Source: Lama guanicoe (taxonomy: Eukaryota). From it: DNA of 64,000 nt. The notes beneath the pieces are model-generated. The model was not told the origin of the DNA. It ran no database searches and worked only from the letters and a program-made list of their open reading frames with translations. Made by a program: the position numbers and the translations under genes. Position 1 is the stretch's first letter. Each line of letters opens with the position of its first letter. Below, in pieces: positions 37,156-50,444 of this stretch. Where the stretch lies: NCBI GenBank assembly GCA_013239625.1, contig MU053629.1:1329567-1393566 (forward strand), in the 5' to 3' direction.

Positions 37156-39563
37156 GTAGGTGACATACTTATTCTTACTTCACTACCCAGCTTGCTTTTT
37201 TCAATTTACCTTAAGCTTTATGTCAAAGTTTTATTGATTTGGGTTTATTTAGCACCACTGCTTAATCATAGTGTGTACGTAATTCTCTGTAGGGCTTCCC
37301 TCTCCTAACAGAATCCCTGTTCGGTGATGGAACTGAGGAAAATCTGGAGGGGGGACCCCTTTTTTGTTGGTACTCAGAAGAATTAATTTGATGATAAAGA
37401 CAATCTACTAGTAATATGTGACAGTCTGCTAGTAATAAAAGATGAAATAAGGAACTCTGATGTCTTATGGTTGTTTTAAGTACCTTTTATTAGGGTAAAT
37501 TTAAGCATGCTCAGAAGTAGAGAGTATAATTAATTGAACTCTGTATTTTTACCGCCCAGCTTCAACACTTACCAACACGCGGCCAATTTTGTTTCACCTA
37601 TTACCTATGCCAGCCTTACCTTTACTGACTTTTGAATCAGATCCCAGATAACACATTATTTTTCTAACAATAAAACAAAACACTAGAATATTTACAGATC
37701 GTTCTCCCTTGAGAACGATCTCACTGTGGGGTTATTAATGCTGTCTCAAATGTACCACATGTTTCATTCCATTAAGGCTTAACACTCCCAACCCCAGTTC
37801 CAGCCTGAGCATTTCCTCCTAGGTCTTTGCTCCAAAATGATGTTACTTAAATATTAAGTACGTTAGTAACTCTTCTAACACAAACTCAAATAAATATCAA
37901 CCTTTGTGTGCCTTGTAGTAGCACATTTATTTCTGTCTCTCTTTTAGCTTGGAAAATCCACTTTGAATTTACTTTAGAAGTTAATAGCCCAGCAGCAGGG
38001 AGATGGGAAATCATACCAAGTGGCACAGGCTGAAATCTGTATTGCATTTATTTGGACTGTTTCCCCACTGTTATTTATAAACCTTCATTGACATACCTTC
38101 ATGAAGAGAGCATCTTATTTTCAGTCCTGGAATTGAGTATTTTTTTTTCATGTACACTTAAGAGTACCTTTGGAGAATGTTAACTGCGTATCTTAATTGT
38201 GGTTGTTGTGGTTTTGAAATCTCTAGGATTTGGGGAACCTGAGAATACTTTGTACAGATAACATTTTTTTAAAAAAAGAAGAAAAGTAGAAGCACTTAAA
38301 TACTGCACTTTGAAGAGACAGATTCCTCTCCTAGATTTTGAGAGGTGAGAGTTATAATGTAATAAAATTTATGTAATTCTATTCTCCAGTTGTCTCATAG
38401 TGCTCTACAGCCTAAATCTTGAAGGTCATATGTCAACAAAAAGACCTGACAAACTCTAAAAAATTGGAGACATTAATGTCCTTAACAGCAGACAACAAGC
38501 AGTTCTCTAAGCAGGTTTGGAGAGATAATCAAGCTGTGAAAATTCTACCTAATAAAACTGAAAAGGAAAAAAAAAAGAAAGAAAAAGAAATTGAAAACTT
38601 TCTAGACTCTGTAGGCAGTATGCTTCCAATTGTAAGCAATCATAAATTTAGAAATTTGACATAGGTTCAGAGAGACATGATTAAGTAGAGTACACAGATG
38701 AGAAGAGCCTGCATTTGGACCTTCATTTTACATAGCTGATTGGCTAATGTTCTTTTATCATGTAATCCTGGGTATTGACTGCCAAGGATTCTGGGTTTTT
38801 CATAGTGATTTAGCCCACTTGTCTGTAGGGAAGTCTTACATTTATTTTTTCCACTAGGAAACATAGTTTACCCATAGCATATTTGAGTTATATATCCTAT
38901 TAGTCTTCATGACACCATCCCATTTAAGGTATTTTTCCGATTTTTGCTGTTGTTAAAAAATCTGTGATGTGCATATTGACACTTTTCCTTTTTAGACCAA
39001 ATTGTCTAGTTTAACTAAAACTGGATGAGAGAAATGTTTATTTTTAAGTTGGCCAGTTTATACATGTCTGTTAACTTCCGACTGATGTTTTGAGTATTAG
39101 CCAAAGCATTGTTAATCTTAATGTCAGCAGTGAAGCAGCCCTACTGTGTCACTGACGTTGACATGTGAGCATTTAGTACATTTGGAGACTACAGTATGTG
39201 TGTAAATGAACTATATGTAATGTAACCAGTTTCCAAAGATTTGAATGTAGTAATGCCTTTATTATCATTCTCTATAGCCTTTTCTTGGATTCTGAAGGTA
39301 CTCCTCATTATAAATATTTCTTTGTTTTTCACAGCGCAGTATAAATACATATAAGCCTAGGAAATGAAGCTGTAAATACATACAAGCATAGGAAATTAAG
39401 CTGATTAGGTATTGAACCTATAGGCTCCCCTGGAGTTTATCTTTTAATTAGATATGGGGTGTTTCCTGACCTGTGCAATGTGTTATCTCAAAGTATGGAC
39501 TTAATATGATGGCTTTCTAAGCAATTACGTTGTTTGGATTCTGTATAAATAAGTAGCTAAGCA

Positions 39564-39701
39564 GGAGGCAGGGTATATAGCTCAGTGGTAGAGCGTGTGC
39601 CTAGCAAGCATGAGGTCCTGGGTTCAATCTCCAGTACCTCCATTAACAAAAAATCCCCCAAAAACCTAATTACCTCCCCCTCCACCACCACACACACAAA
39701 A
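39564..39701 (+). mobile_element. tRNA-derived camelid-type SINE (vic-1-like)
   Basis: A box TAGCTCAGTGG, B box GGTTCAATCT, tail with CCTAATTACCTCCCCC; TSD AAGTAGCTAAGCA (39551-39563) / AAGTATTTAAGCA (39702-39714). Confidence 0.88.
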
Positions 39702-41186
39702 AAGTATTTAAGCATATAAAGGAAAATACGAATAAAAATATTGCTAACATTCATTCATGCATGCATTCTGAGCCATGGATTATTTAATCACCTAACAACC
39801 AACAATATAAGTATTGTTACCTGCATTTTACAGATGAGAAAACAGAAGCACAGAGAGGTTAACTCACCCCGGCTCCCCTGGCCAGCATGTGACAAAGCCT
39901 ACTTTTGAATCCAGGCAGTCTTGTTTTTGAGTTTATACTCTTAATCATTTTTTAAAAATTCATTTTAGTCCACTTTTGTAAACTTAAGACCCTTGTACCC
40001 ACAAGTGTTGGTTATGTTTATTACAAAGAAAACAAAATGTGGGAAAAAACCATGATCAGAGTCAGAGTTGAGTGGAGGGTGGCAGTGCCTCTCATGCTTC
40101 CAGCTTTCCTGGGGCCAGAGGCTGGGCTTGCGGTTGGTCCTCCTCGCTTTCCCTAGCTTTCCCCAAGGTAAGTGTTGCTCCTTGTTCAGTTAAGGCGCCT
40201 TGTGACAAAAATGTCACCTTAACTCTCTGAGCAGAGTTATTTTGGTGCTGTTAAATCAGCATTCGTTTTGACTGTTGTGAGTTTTCCATTAGGCCTTGCC
40301 TTCTACAAGTTAGCTGCTTTCTAGGAACTGGGGAGTTTTAGTTTTTGTTTTGTAAGGGTCTTCAAGTAGTTGTCGGTTACGGCTTTGTACACTATTTAGG
40401 TGAAGATGTAGGTGAATTTGTGCGCACAGCATATGCATGTGAACCCTCAATTCAGTTTCATTTTGCTTTTTGTGATAGATTTATTCAATCTGAATTGGAA
40501 AGTGTTAATTTTTATGACTGTAGTCAACCTTTGATTATCTTAGTCCATGTAGAGAAAGAACAGTTTATATAAGGTTAACATGAGTTGTGTTTTGTTTGGA
40601 TTTTTTCTAAACAAAGCTATTCCATATGAGTGGAGTGATTGTGCAGGCATTCAAATAAAAGATTTGGAGCCATACTGATGAGAAGGAGATGGAAGGTTGT
40701 CCTGTTTCACTATCTGATTCTCATGTTTTTATTAAGCAGAGCCCGTGTCCCTGTGGGCAGTGACTGAGTAATTTAGTTTACAAAACCTGTCTTTTATAAT
40801 AGCCTGAGTTGGGGGTTAGCCGTCTGAGAAACACTTTAGAAAAGGAAAAATGCTGTAACAGAGGTATCTAGCAAAGGAGTTGATAAGTGATAATAACAAA
40901 GGTGTTGAAACTGATTTGCGTAGGTAACACCTTCCTTGCCTGGCCCCAGTCTTGTGTATAACTAAAAGCTGACTGTCATACGTGATTGCGAAAGAAGAGC
41001 ATATTTTAAGTACTCAGCTTTTACATCACTAAATGACTGGATGCTTTTACAGGATTGAATGCTTATTAGGAAGAATTCTTTCTCATTTCTGATTTGATAA
41101 CCATCTAATTTTATTATCATTTCCTACTACTTTACCTTCCAAAGCAGGGTTTAGACTGAAATAAATTTTCATTTGGTTTTTGTAAG

Positions 41187-41318
41187 GTATGTGAATGGTC
41201 ATGCAAAAAAACATTATGAAGATGCACAAATACCCTTAACCAACCATAAGAAGTCAGAAAAGCAGGAAAAAGCTCAGCACACGGTGTGTATGGATTGCAG
41301 TAGCTACAGTACATACTG
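41187..41318 (+). CDS. USP3: USP3 coding exon 3 (132 nt): YVNGHAKKHYEDAQIPLTNHKKSEKQEKAQHTVCMDCSSYSTYC
   Basis: Acceptor ggtttttgtaag|, donor CTG|GTAAGT; phase 2-2; GHAxxHY ZnF-UBP motif. Confidence 0.97.
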
Positions 41319-44300
41319 GTAAGTATTACTGTTTTCTGAAAATGGTGTTCCTTTACCATGTGAGCGCAAGTGTTTTCTCATCTTCGTCGCTCTTTCCGCT
41401 CGCCCCAGCCTCTAAAGCAGTCGAGCCGGCCACTGCTGCCTGTGAGTTCTGCGGGGACTCACAGAGGACGGGGCCACCAGGACCACGGTCCGTACTCATT
41501 CCGATTTCCTTTTCCTTTGCCCATTCAGCCTCTCCGCTGCCTCTTCTTTCCCACCCCGTAGGCTGCAGGGAAATGAAAAGTAACTATTATTGTTGCTCAT
41601 TATAAGTCCTTTTCTTTTTCTTGTTTTGTTTTTAATTGAAGAATGAAATGATTAAAAACTCATGCCCCACCTCAGGTAAAAACCCATGTTCCTATTGTCC
41701 AGTTAACATTTTGTTATATAATCTTAAAATTTTAACTTCTTTGTTTAAAAAATTATTTTGACAGTCTCCCCACTCCCAACACAGTTCTGGTCTCCTGTTC
41801 TCCTCGGTAGATACATGTCAAGAATTTTGCGTGTAGCTTTTCAAACCAACTTTTGTTTAAAGTATCATATCTTTTAAAAAGATATTGGGAGCCCTGTTCT
41901 CTCCTTGTAATATAGTCACGTGTCTGTTTCATATAAATGACAGTAAAGTGAGTATCTGTTTTTGTGATGACTTAGAACTAGGTTATTTGCATTACAAGTG
42001 ATCATGTCCATTTGATCTGAATAAATTCAGTGTGTTTTACAGTTTTAACTTTAGTGTGAAGCAAATTTCTTTCCTTGTCTAGTAAATTATGAACAATTCT
42101 TTACTTGTTTTAATCACTTTACTGAATTCAAAAGGTGTTTGATATTGAAAGGAGAAAAAAACCCAAGCTATTTAAAGGCTCTCTTTGGATGTGTTGTAGC
42201 TGCCACACAGCCCTTGAATCAATGTCACACAAAGGCCGTAGGTCATACTGGGCAGGGATGGGGATTTAAAGTCCAGACACCGCTTTTGATTCATACTTTG
42301 TACTGGAGTTGCGTGCTGGTCCTTTCTGCATTGTCCTTAGTTGGTTATTGTAGAAAGCTGTCCATCAAAAGGAAGGAAAGAAAGGTCGGTGGTTCAACAT
42401 TGCTGTGACGATTGAGTAAAGCCTCGTGAGGGCTAGCCATCCAGATCACTACCATTTCGGTGATCCTTTGTGCAGAAGGTGTCCAGACCTGGGTGAGAGA
42501 GAAGCTAGAGGCAGATGGCAATGTCAGTAGAAGTGAAAATCTTCTCAAGATTTTCGCACAAGGCCTAGTGCAAGTATTTCTCTTTAGACAGCAGAAATTA
42601 AGATCGTTCTTGAAGTATCTGTCTCACAGTCATCGGTGTAGGTCATGGCATCCTGTTCGTACCAGACGTTGAAAACATTGTCTTCTTGGTTTTCAGTTAG
42701 CAATGTGCATGAAAGGCTTAATGGGGAAGTTTGGAGATACAGCTAAATCTCTGTGTGCAGTGGGTTTTCTTGCTATTGGTGAGATTATGAGGAAATAGTA
42801 ACTCTTTGAGAAAATTTAAAGAATTACCTTAGAATTTTCTTAGAATTTTCTTAATGGAGTGGAATTCTATTCATAGGTCTCTTTAAAGATAAAGATTATC
42901 TACTTTAAAATCTTTGTATATTGCATTTTGGAAGAATACATTTATTAACTAGAATTGGAATTTAAATTGTTTTATGTTGGAGTAGCGTGCTAAAGTACAA
43001 GTCGTTTCACGGCTGAATTGGAATTAAATGGCAGATCTTGAACCTCGGGGAATAGACACCATGGCAGGGGCTTCTTGGCCAGTTGCCAGTCTTCTGTGTA
43101 AAGCTGTACAGAGCTGTGAGTGTGTGGACACCCAGAGCTTCTGAAGTGCAGGGAGCTGCAGCTGGTCACAGAACCATCCCATTTGTGGTTTTAGAACAAA
43201 GTGCTAGGGAATTTTGTTCCTGTAGTGTGATACTGACAGCCTACAAGGAACCTGTGAGAGTGGTAGACCCATGAGGCTGCAGTTGAAATTCACATTTCCC
43301 ACACCTCACTATGATGAAGAGACAAACAAAAAAGGCTTTCTTCTGCATGAGGTGTGTGTTTGTGTGTGTTGTTTTCCAGCGTACTTAAGTATTTTCATTT
43401 CAGTTTGTAAATTTTCCTTGTGCATAACTTTCTTGTGGTTAGACTGAATGGTTTGCTTCAGAGGTAAAATGTTGGTATATTAGGTTGAACCTATTTGATT
43501 ATTAATTATTATGCTTGTAGTCAAACGACTTTGACTATAGCAATGTTGAAGCACCTTTTCCAAGTGCTCTGTGCTCTGAGGAAGTTGAAACATGCTCTGA
43601 GGCTGACAGTTTTTCTGTCCTTATCTTCCCTTTTCCAAGAGGCCCTGTGCGTCTGTCTGTGCAGATCCTTTATGAAGTTATCACTGAGCTGTCCACACTG
43701 CGCCACCCCCCGCCCCCGTCCCCGCCTCAGCTCCAATTGTAGCTGGATGTAATCTCTCCTAAACTCAGAGTTCCTGAGATACTTGTAATTTCCTGCTGCA
43801 CGTTATTTATTTGTAAATGTCCCTGGGGCCTGCAGGAGCCATATGTCACATCTTTGTATCGACCACAGTACTCAGTGTCTGGTGCAGAGCAGGGCGTAGA
43901 TGTTTGAAAGATTGAATTTTGCTAACTTATCTTCCAAAAATGGGGAAGGTTATACCAAATTTATATTACTGTGCCCTCTTGATCCTCTTGGAGGACTGAA
44001 GGGCTGCGGAACATTTTTCCTGAAGATCTAAAATCATAACATGTGTGAGCTATTCCATATACCTCCCAAGAGGGACACCCTTGCAGAGCAGCTCGCTACG
44101 CAGCTCGCTTCTGATGTAAGGAGGGCATCCAGAAGAGAGGCACGTATCAACCAAGCAGAACAGCATAAAATAGGCCACTATTTCAGAAGAGGGAAAACAC
44201 CACCAAAGGGAATAATTCTGATTTGGCACAGACCCACTGCTTTGGGAATCAAATGAAGATTTCAGTAAAAATGAAAATCTCAAGATTCTCACACAAAGGC

Positions 44301-45709
44301 AAGTGTTCGGTTTATTGTGTATTCAGTAATATTTCCTTTCCTCTCACCCCAACTCCCCTCCCCCGGTCAACACAAATGGAATTGTATGTGGTGTGCAGTA
44401 CTGGATCAAAAAGAAAGACTAAAAATTAGGGACCTGGATTTCTTATGTAGACAGACTATTTAGAGTTAATATATTTAAAAAGTACGGAATAAATGATTTT
44501 TGACACCTGACATAGCCTTGTCAACTTATAATAGCTGAATTTCTGTGGATTCAAAAGTATGAAAGGAATATTAAAACTAAATTACCAGAATTTTTCCTTC
44601 TCAGCAGGGTAATGTTTTAAAGCACTCCTTCAAACAGAGAAATATGAAATGTGAGTCAACTCATTTGTCTAGAAAATGGACTTCTAGTTCAGATTTTAAA
44701 CACCTATAACAAGTAGCAGTTTTAATTAAAACGAATAAAAATAAAGCTTTTATTTGTGGGCTTAAATTGATACTGAATCGTTTTCAGAGGCAGGTGTGAT
44801 TAAAAATTAAAAATGGGAAGATCTTTTGTTACTAGCCTTATAAACTTTTGGGCACAAATTTTCAATGTTGTAAGGATTAGATAACAAGAAGAATTTTTTA
44901 AATTTAAAAACAGTATTTTGGAGTTTTAGTAAAAAGAAACCTTTTAGTGCATAGTCTGAAAACAAAAGTTCCTTTCTTAAGCTGGTGCTTGTCTGCTTTT
45001 AACAAAGGAAATGGATTTTCTCTGTAGGTATTCTCATTTTCCAGAATTGGCTTATTTGATGGCAATGCATTAGAATTAAATAAAAGAGAATTTAAAAATA
45101 AGCTCATTTGCTGGAAGAGTTCTTTTGATTTTAACTTTTCTTGGTTTGAAATAGGTGAAGTCATTAGAACATCAGCTTCTTTTGATTTTTTCTTTTCTGT
45201 GTCTGTATCTTGTCATTTATAATAAAACTAGAGGTCAAAGTTTCCTCTAGATATCCTATTATGATGATATTATCTATTAAACGGGAATGAAAAAGAATTT
45301 AAAACTTGATTTATTTACCCTTGCCTTTCTTGAGGGTTACTTTTTGCATAAAAGTTTGGTTTTTTTTTTTTATTAGTGTTACACATGACTTACTGTATAA
45401 AGATTGCTTTGTAGCCAGCAGATTAAAGGACTTGTTTCTTTACTCTTGCTTAAAATATCAGGTTAATTTGTACGACGATGGCTTCTTGTTTCAAGTGAGT
45501 AAGAAATGGTTTGGTCTGAGAATATTTTCTTAGTTCTTCGAGAATCTGATGTGGAGCTTTATGACTTGGGTAGCTTCAGTAGCATTAACAATAGGCACGG
45601 AAAAAGCTTCAGAATTTTAAAGCTGAGAAAGAGAGAGAGTTCAGTTTTGGGCATGACATCTGTGCCATACAATTTGGTAGCAGTTGAGCAATTAAAAGTT
45701 GCTAGTGGG

Positions 45710-46203
45710 CATTTACAACAGCCAAGACATGGAAGCAACCTAAGTGTCTTACCAACAGATGATTGGATAAAGAAGATGTGGTGTAGATGTAGATACAGTG
45801 GAATACTACTCAGCCATAAAAAGAATGAAACATGCCATTTGCAGCAACATAGATGGACCTAGAGATTATCATACTAAGTGAAGTAAGTCAGAGGAAGGCA
45901 AATATTGTATGGTATCATTTATATGTGGAATCTAAAGAAATAATACAAACGAACTTATTTACAAAATAGAGACTCACAGATATAGAAAACAAACTTACAG
46001 GCTACCAAAGGAGGAAAGGGGGGATAAATTTAGGAGTATGGGATTAACAAATACACACTACTTTGTAAAATAGATAAACAACAAGGATTTACTGTATAGC
46101 ACAGGAAACTATATTCAGTATCTTGTAATAACCTATAACAGAAAAGAATCTGGAAAAATAATGTTCATATAAATATGTATACCTGAATCACTTTGCTGTA
46201 AAA
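45710..46203 (+). mobile_element. 5'-truncated L1 (ORF2 C-terminus + 3'UTR)
   Basis: AGCCAAGACATGGAAGCAACCTAAGTGTC..GATTGGATAAAGAAGATGTGG; laurasiatherian-type 3'UTR; shared flanking core GCTAGTGGG at 45701-45709 and 46211-46219 (TSD remnant). Confidence 0.9.
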
Positions 46204-46359
46204 GAGGGTGGCTAGTGGGACTGAGGAATTGTTTTTATTTTATTTTATTTTAATTATTATGTTTAAATTGCTACTTGGTTGGTAGCTACTGTATCAGTGT
46301 GGCCTCAAACTTAAAATTTAACATTAAGTATATTACTATTACAAAACTTTCCAAACCTT

Positions 46360-47120
46360 AAGACAAAAATCGGATAGAAACTCCAAAAAGAAGTCAATTT
46401 TGCTAATTAAAATAGTTGTAAGTTTACTTAAAGCAAATCTGATCCAGTAAGATGTGTCAAAAAGACAAATTATATAATTACTGAATTAATTTCATAAGTT
46501 TGCATATTCATATTTATTCATATATTCATTTTCAAAGGAAAACTCAGATTATTGTACCATTAGAAGCAAAAGTACGTTTATAAATAAACCATTTCTGATT
46601 TTTGAGAAACTGATAGCATTGAAATAAAAGGAAACTATTCAAATATGATAGTCCCCCCTAGAAAGGAAGCAGCTGTCACACACTGGTTGGTGGAATATTA
46701 AAGCAAAGCCCTTTCTGTTACATCAGAAACAAGGCAAGTGTTTCTGTCATCGTTTACATCCCTGTCACTATTTTTAAACATCGCTTTGGCCCTTCTAACT
46801 GTTGAAATAAGGCAAAGAATAAGTAAACAATTGCTCTAAATATTGGAAAGGAAGAAAAATTATTTCTGCTTTCAAATTATATAATAGAATACCCAGAAAA
46901 CTCGAGGGCTTCAGTACAGGTAGAATTAATAAGAAATTTTGAAATAGTGCATGATAAATATGCAAAAACTAATAGTTTTCTCTTCATTAGCAGTCATTAG
47001 TTAAAATTGGAAATGACCAAACAAAAAAAATTCAACATGACAAAAACTATAAACTATATCTAGAAATAAATATAATAAAGACACAAAGCAAAGATACAGA
47101 TCCTTTATGAAGAAAACTCG
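46360..47120 (+). mobile_element. Ancient L1M ORF2 (RT region) fragment
   Basis: Degenerate A-rich L1 motifs (ATCAGAAACAAGGCAAG, GGAAAGGAAGAA, CTAGAAATAAAT, CTTTATGAAGAAAACT). Confidence 0.6.
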
Positions 47121-47295
47121 GCATTATAAGCAGTTTCTTTCTCTTCCCCCGGATTTTTACCTTCAAAACCTTTATTTGAGACAAGGTCCTCAAACATAAT
47201 GTGAACAATTCTTAAAATCAGAATAGTATATATTGTTTTTATTCAGTAAATATTCATTGAGAACCTGCTACGTGTTAGGGGCCTGCTTTTTAGAG

Positions 47296-48114
47296 CAGTG
47301 GTCTCTAAAATAATGTACTTGGGGGTATGGGAAGAAAATATCAGAATGTCTATTAAATCCTTTTATCTAAAGAAAAGAAAAAAAGGCTTTGCAAATATTT
47401 AGTCTGCCTACTGCCACTGGTCGGTAGGTGAGACGGTTACGTGGCGTGAACCAAACGCGGAGGGTCCTGACTCGGAGCTTCACGTGTTGTCCTCACCCTT
47501 GCTGCCGTCTGGCCTTGGCCAGTGTGTAATGGTTTCTGTCTGCCTAGTTATGTGGATTCACTTGATATTACCAAATCAACCCTCATCAAATGGATACATA
47601 TTTTTAAAAATTTGCACGAGAAAAAATCCTCCAAGATAACGCTAACAAGTAGTAACGCAAATACTGGTGAACAAGGAAGAGGCAAGCTGACATACGTTAC
47701 TGTGAGGCCATGAGACATACCGCAAAGTAAAGATACTGGCTCTCTAATAAAAACACAGACCAAGCAGATCTGATTAATGGGACAAAAAGTTCGAGAGATC
47801 ACATGAAGTAGGAAATTACATCCACTGTCATTTATGTCAAATATCACCCTATGTGTATATTGTATTTTGAGATAATAGATTCATAATGCTCTGAAGATAT
47901 GAATAGCAAGATATTTTAAAATAGTTTATTTCATCTCTAGATGATTCTTCTAAAATTTTTCTTTTTTAACTATACGTGTATTATTTTACACTTACTTGCA
48001 TATATAATTAATACAATTAATACAAACATATTGGGTGTGGTGGATGCTCAGTTTTGTGGCTTATTTTTTAACTTGATTAGGAGCCATTGACAATAATTTG
48101 ATTAGGAGCCATTG
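47296..48114. mobile_element. Probable hAT-Charlie-type DNA transposon remnant
   Basis: Imperfect TIRs CAGTGGTCTCTAA ... TTAGGAGCCATTG (right end present twice, 25 bp apart); family not determined. Confidence 0.4.
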
Positions 48115-50444
48115 GTGTTTTGTCTTTTATAATTAGAGGGGGCATGAGGTGCAGGGCAAAAAGAGAAAGGAAGCAAGTGCTTCTAAAATTAGGATTTTTA
48201 AAAGGAAGTAAACCTACATTAAATTGTAGGACAAGCAAGTGATTGAGCCGTGCTGCATGTTTTAATTTTTGGAGAACGGGGAAAGAGTACAGATGGGGGT
48301 GGCCACGTAGGAAATAGTTTTTACCATTAAAAGAACTAAGTGGTGCTACTTGGAAAATACTGAGGAGGGTAAGGGAGTTGGTGTATGGGACGAAAGCGTA
48401 TATCTAAACGTAAAGCATTTAATGCTGAAGGGAAAGGGAAGATTTGGGGGGAAAGGCGAGAGAGAAGAAAATTGAGGTGAGGTTGACATTGCGCAGACCA
48501 TCAAGTACTGTAGCTTAATTCAGATACAGGTATCTGTGGATTTGAAAGTCACTGTATTTGGGGGTTGGGATATCACACCAAAGGAAGTAACCAAGATATA
48601 GAACAGAATGTTAGTTAAGATTGAGGAGAAAGAAGATGAGTTTGGGAGAGATTATATAAAGAAACATAGAAAGGATTAGGTATGATTGGATGCTAGAAAT
48701 TAGAAAAAATCAAAATTAAAAATGTGCACATAAAGAAATTTCTTTTTTTCTTATTTCGCTTAAAAATTTTTTTTCACAATGTAATGAAAAAATTGGACAG
48801 TTTTGCTATTTATTAGAGTAAGCAGAATTTAAAATAACTTAAGCTGTGGTTTTTTTAATCAATTTTTAACCTAATTATATAATAGTATAAATAACTTGTG
48901 TTTCTTATGAAAATTTACCTGCTATCTGGTAGATAATCTTTCAGCACAAGGTAGTCAAATTAATTGTGCATCTTCTGCCCTTAACAGTATGTAATACTCT
49001 ACATTTGACTAGTTTGTTAACCTTTGGCTTAAAGTAATGTAGAATTACTTTAGGATCATATTTGGCTAAAGGAGTTTGGTTTGAGGCTAAGTTGCATGTA
49101 GCTAAGATGATGGTGTAGTTTGTCTCAAGGTGTTGGGTGTAGAGGAAGTGCCGGTCCTCCTCCTGCCTTTTTATATCTGATTGCCTCATCTAATGTCTCT
49201 AATATGTTGCCTAATATGATTTCTAAGTGTTTTTTTGTCTTTAGTGTTCAGTTTGCCTAAATTTTCTTACACAGTTCTCTCTTCTTACTAAATACAGAAG
49301 AAAATGTTTTCCTTACCTGACAAGTGGTCTGTTAGAAGTAGAGCTCATCTTTTCTGGAAGGATCACCTAAAATCACTAAATTAAAACTTGCCTAAGTGTT
49401 AATTTAATAGCCAAAATATTGGTTGTATAATATAGGTAGTTCCTGAGTTTTGTTTGTTAGACACATGAAGTCCTGTTTATATGAAGGGGCACCAAAACCT
49501 GGACGTCTGCTCCAGTTTCTCAGTGGAAAGAAGAAAAAGGGTAGCACTTTTTATAATATTATTTCAGTTACATTTTGGGAACCAGGTGTATTTTCACTTT
49601 ATGACATGTAACCATATTTTATAACCATATTTCTTTCAAAATGGGAAAAAGCATTTCACGTTTCAGAGGACAAATCTAGAAGCTTTTGAAACACAACCTA
49701 CAAGTTACGTTCTTTTTTTGTACTTCTTGTTCTGGTGTGACCTTTCTGAAGGGCAAACTAAGAAGAGTGGCTACATTTGTTTTCAGGTGTTGGAGGAAAG
49801 CATAATTCTGACTTGGTAGCTTCAACACAATGGTAAACCAGGAAGAGACTTTTTAGAGCTTTGTTTACTTTAAATCCTTCTGTTTGCCTTGAGACTTTTT
49901 AATACCAGTATAAGTAGGATAGTTTCCAGTTTAAAAATCAATGTCTCAGCTAAAGACAGCATTTAAATTCTAATTTATTTCCTACTTTTGTAACTTATTT
50001 TCTTTTGACCTCTGGGTCAGGGAGGAAGAAATCAAAACAGGGGGATGGGGGCAGCTAGAGGAGAGAGGGCTGTGAGGCAGCTCTTGAGTCCACCATGGAA
50101 GGGAGCTCACACGTATCCACCCTCTACCACGTGCCAGGCGTTCCTGAAAGTTTTGACCCTTAGAGGCAGGTGCTTTCCTTTCATTATCATCAGCCAACAC
50201 TTACAGAGCGCCGTAGATTCAGGCAGTGTGCAGTTTATAATCTTAGCAGGAAATGTCCTTCTGAGTGACTGTAAGAAGACCTAAAATTGACTCTTGACAA
50301 ACAGGGATAATTGCGAAAACTTAAATGTGTTAAGCCAGTGAAAATATGTCCAGTTAAAGTTGATTTCTTATAATTCAGTAAAGTTATAGTTGTTACCTCT
50401 TTATGATATTGGGCAGGTAGCGTCTTAGATGTTCTTTAGACTAG

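Noticed and set aside
39564..39645. tRNA-Ala-like sequence
   Set aside because: Has A/B boxes but also a SINE tail, TSDs and broken stems; a SINE, not a tRNA gene.
40160..40175. Strong donor-like CAAG|GTAAGT in intron 2
   Set aside because: No convincing paired acceptor or coding signal; such motifs are common by chance.
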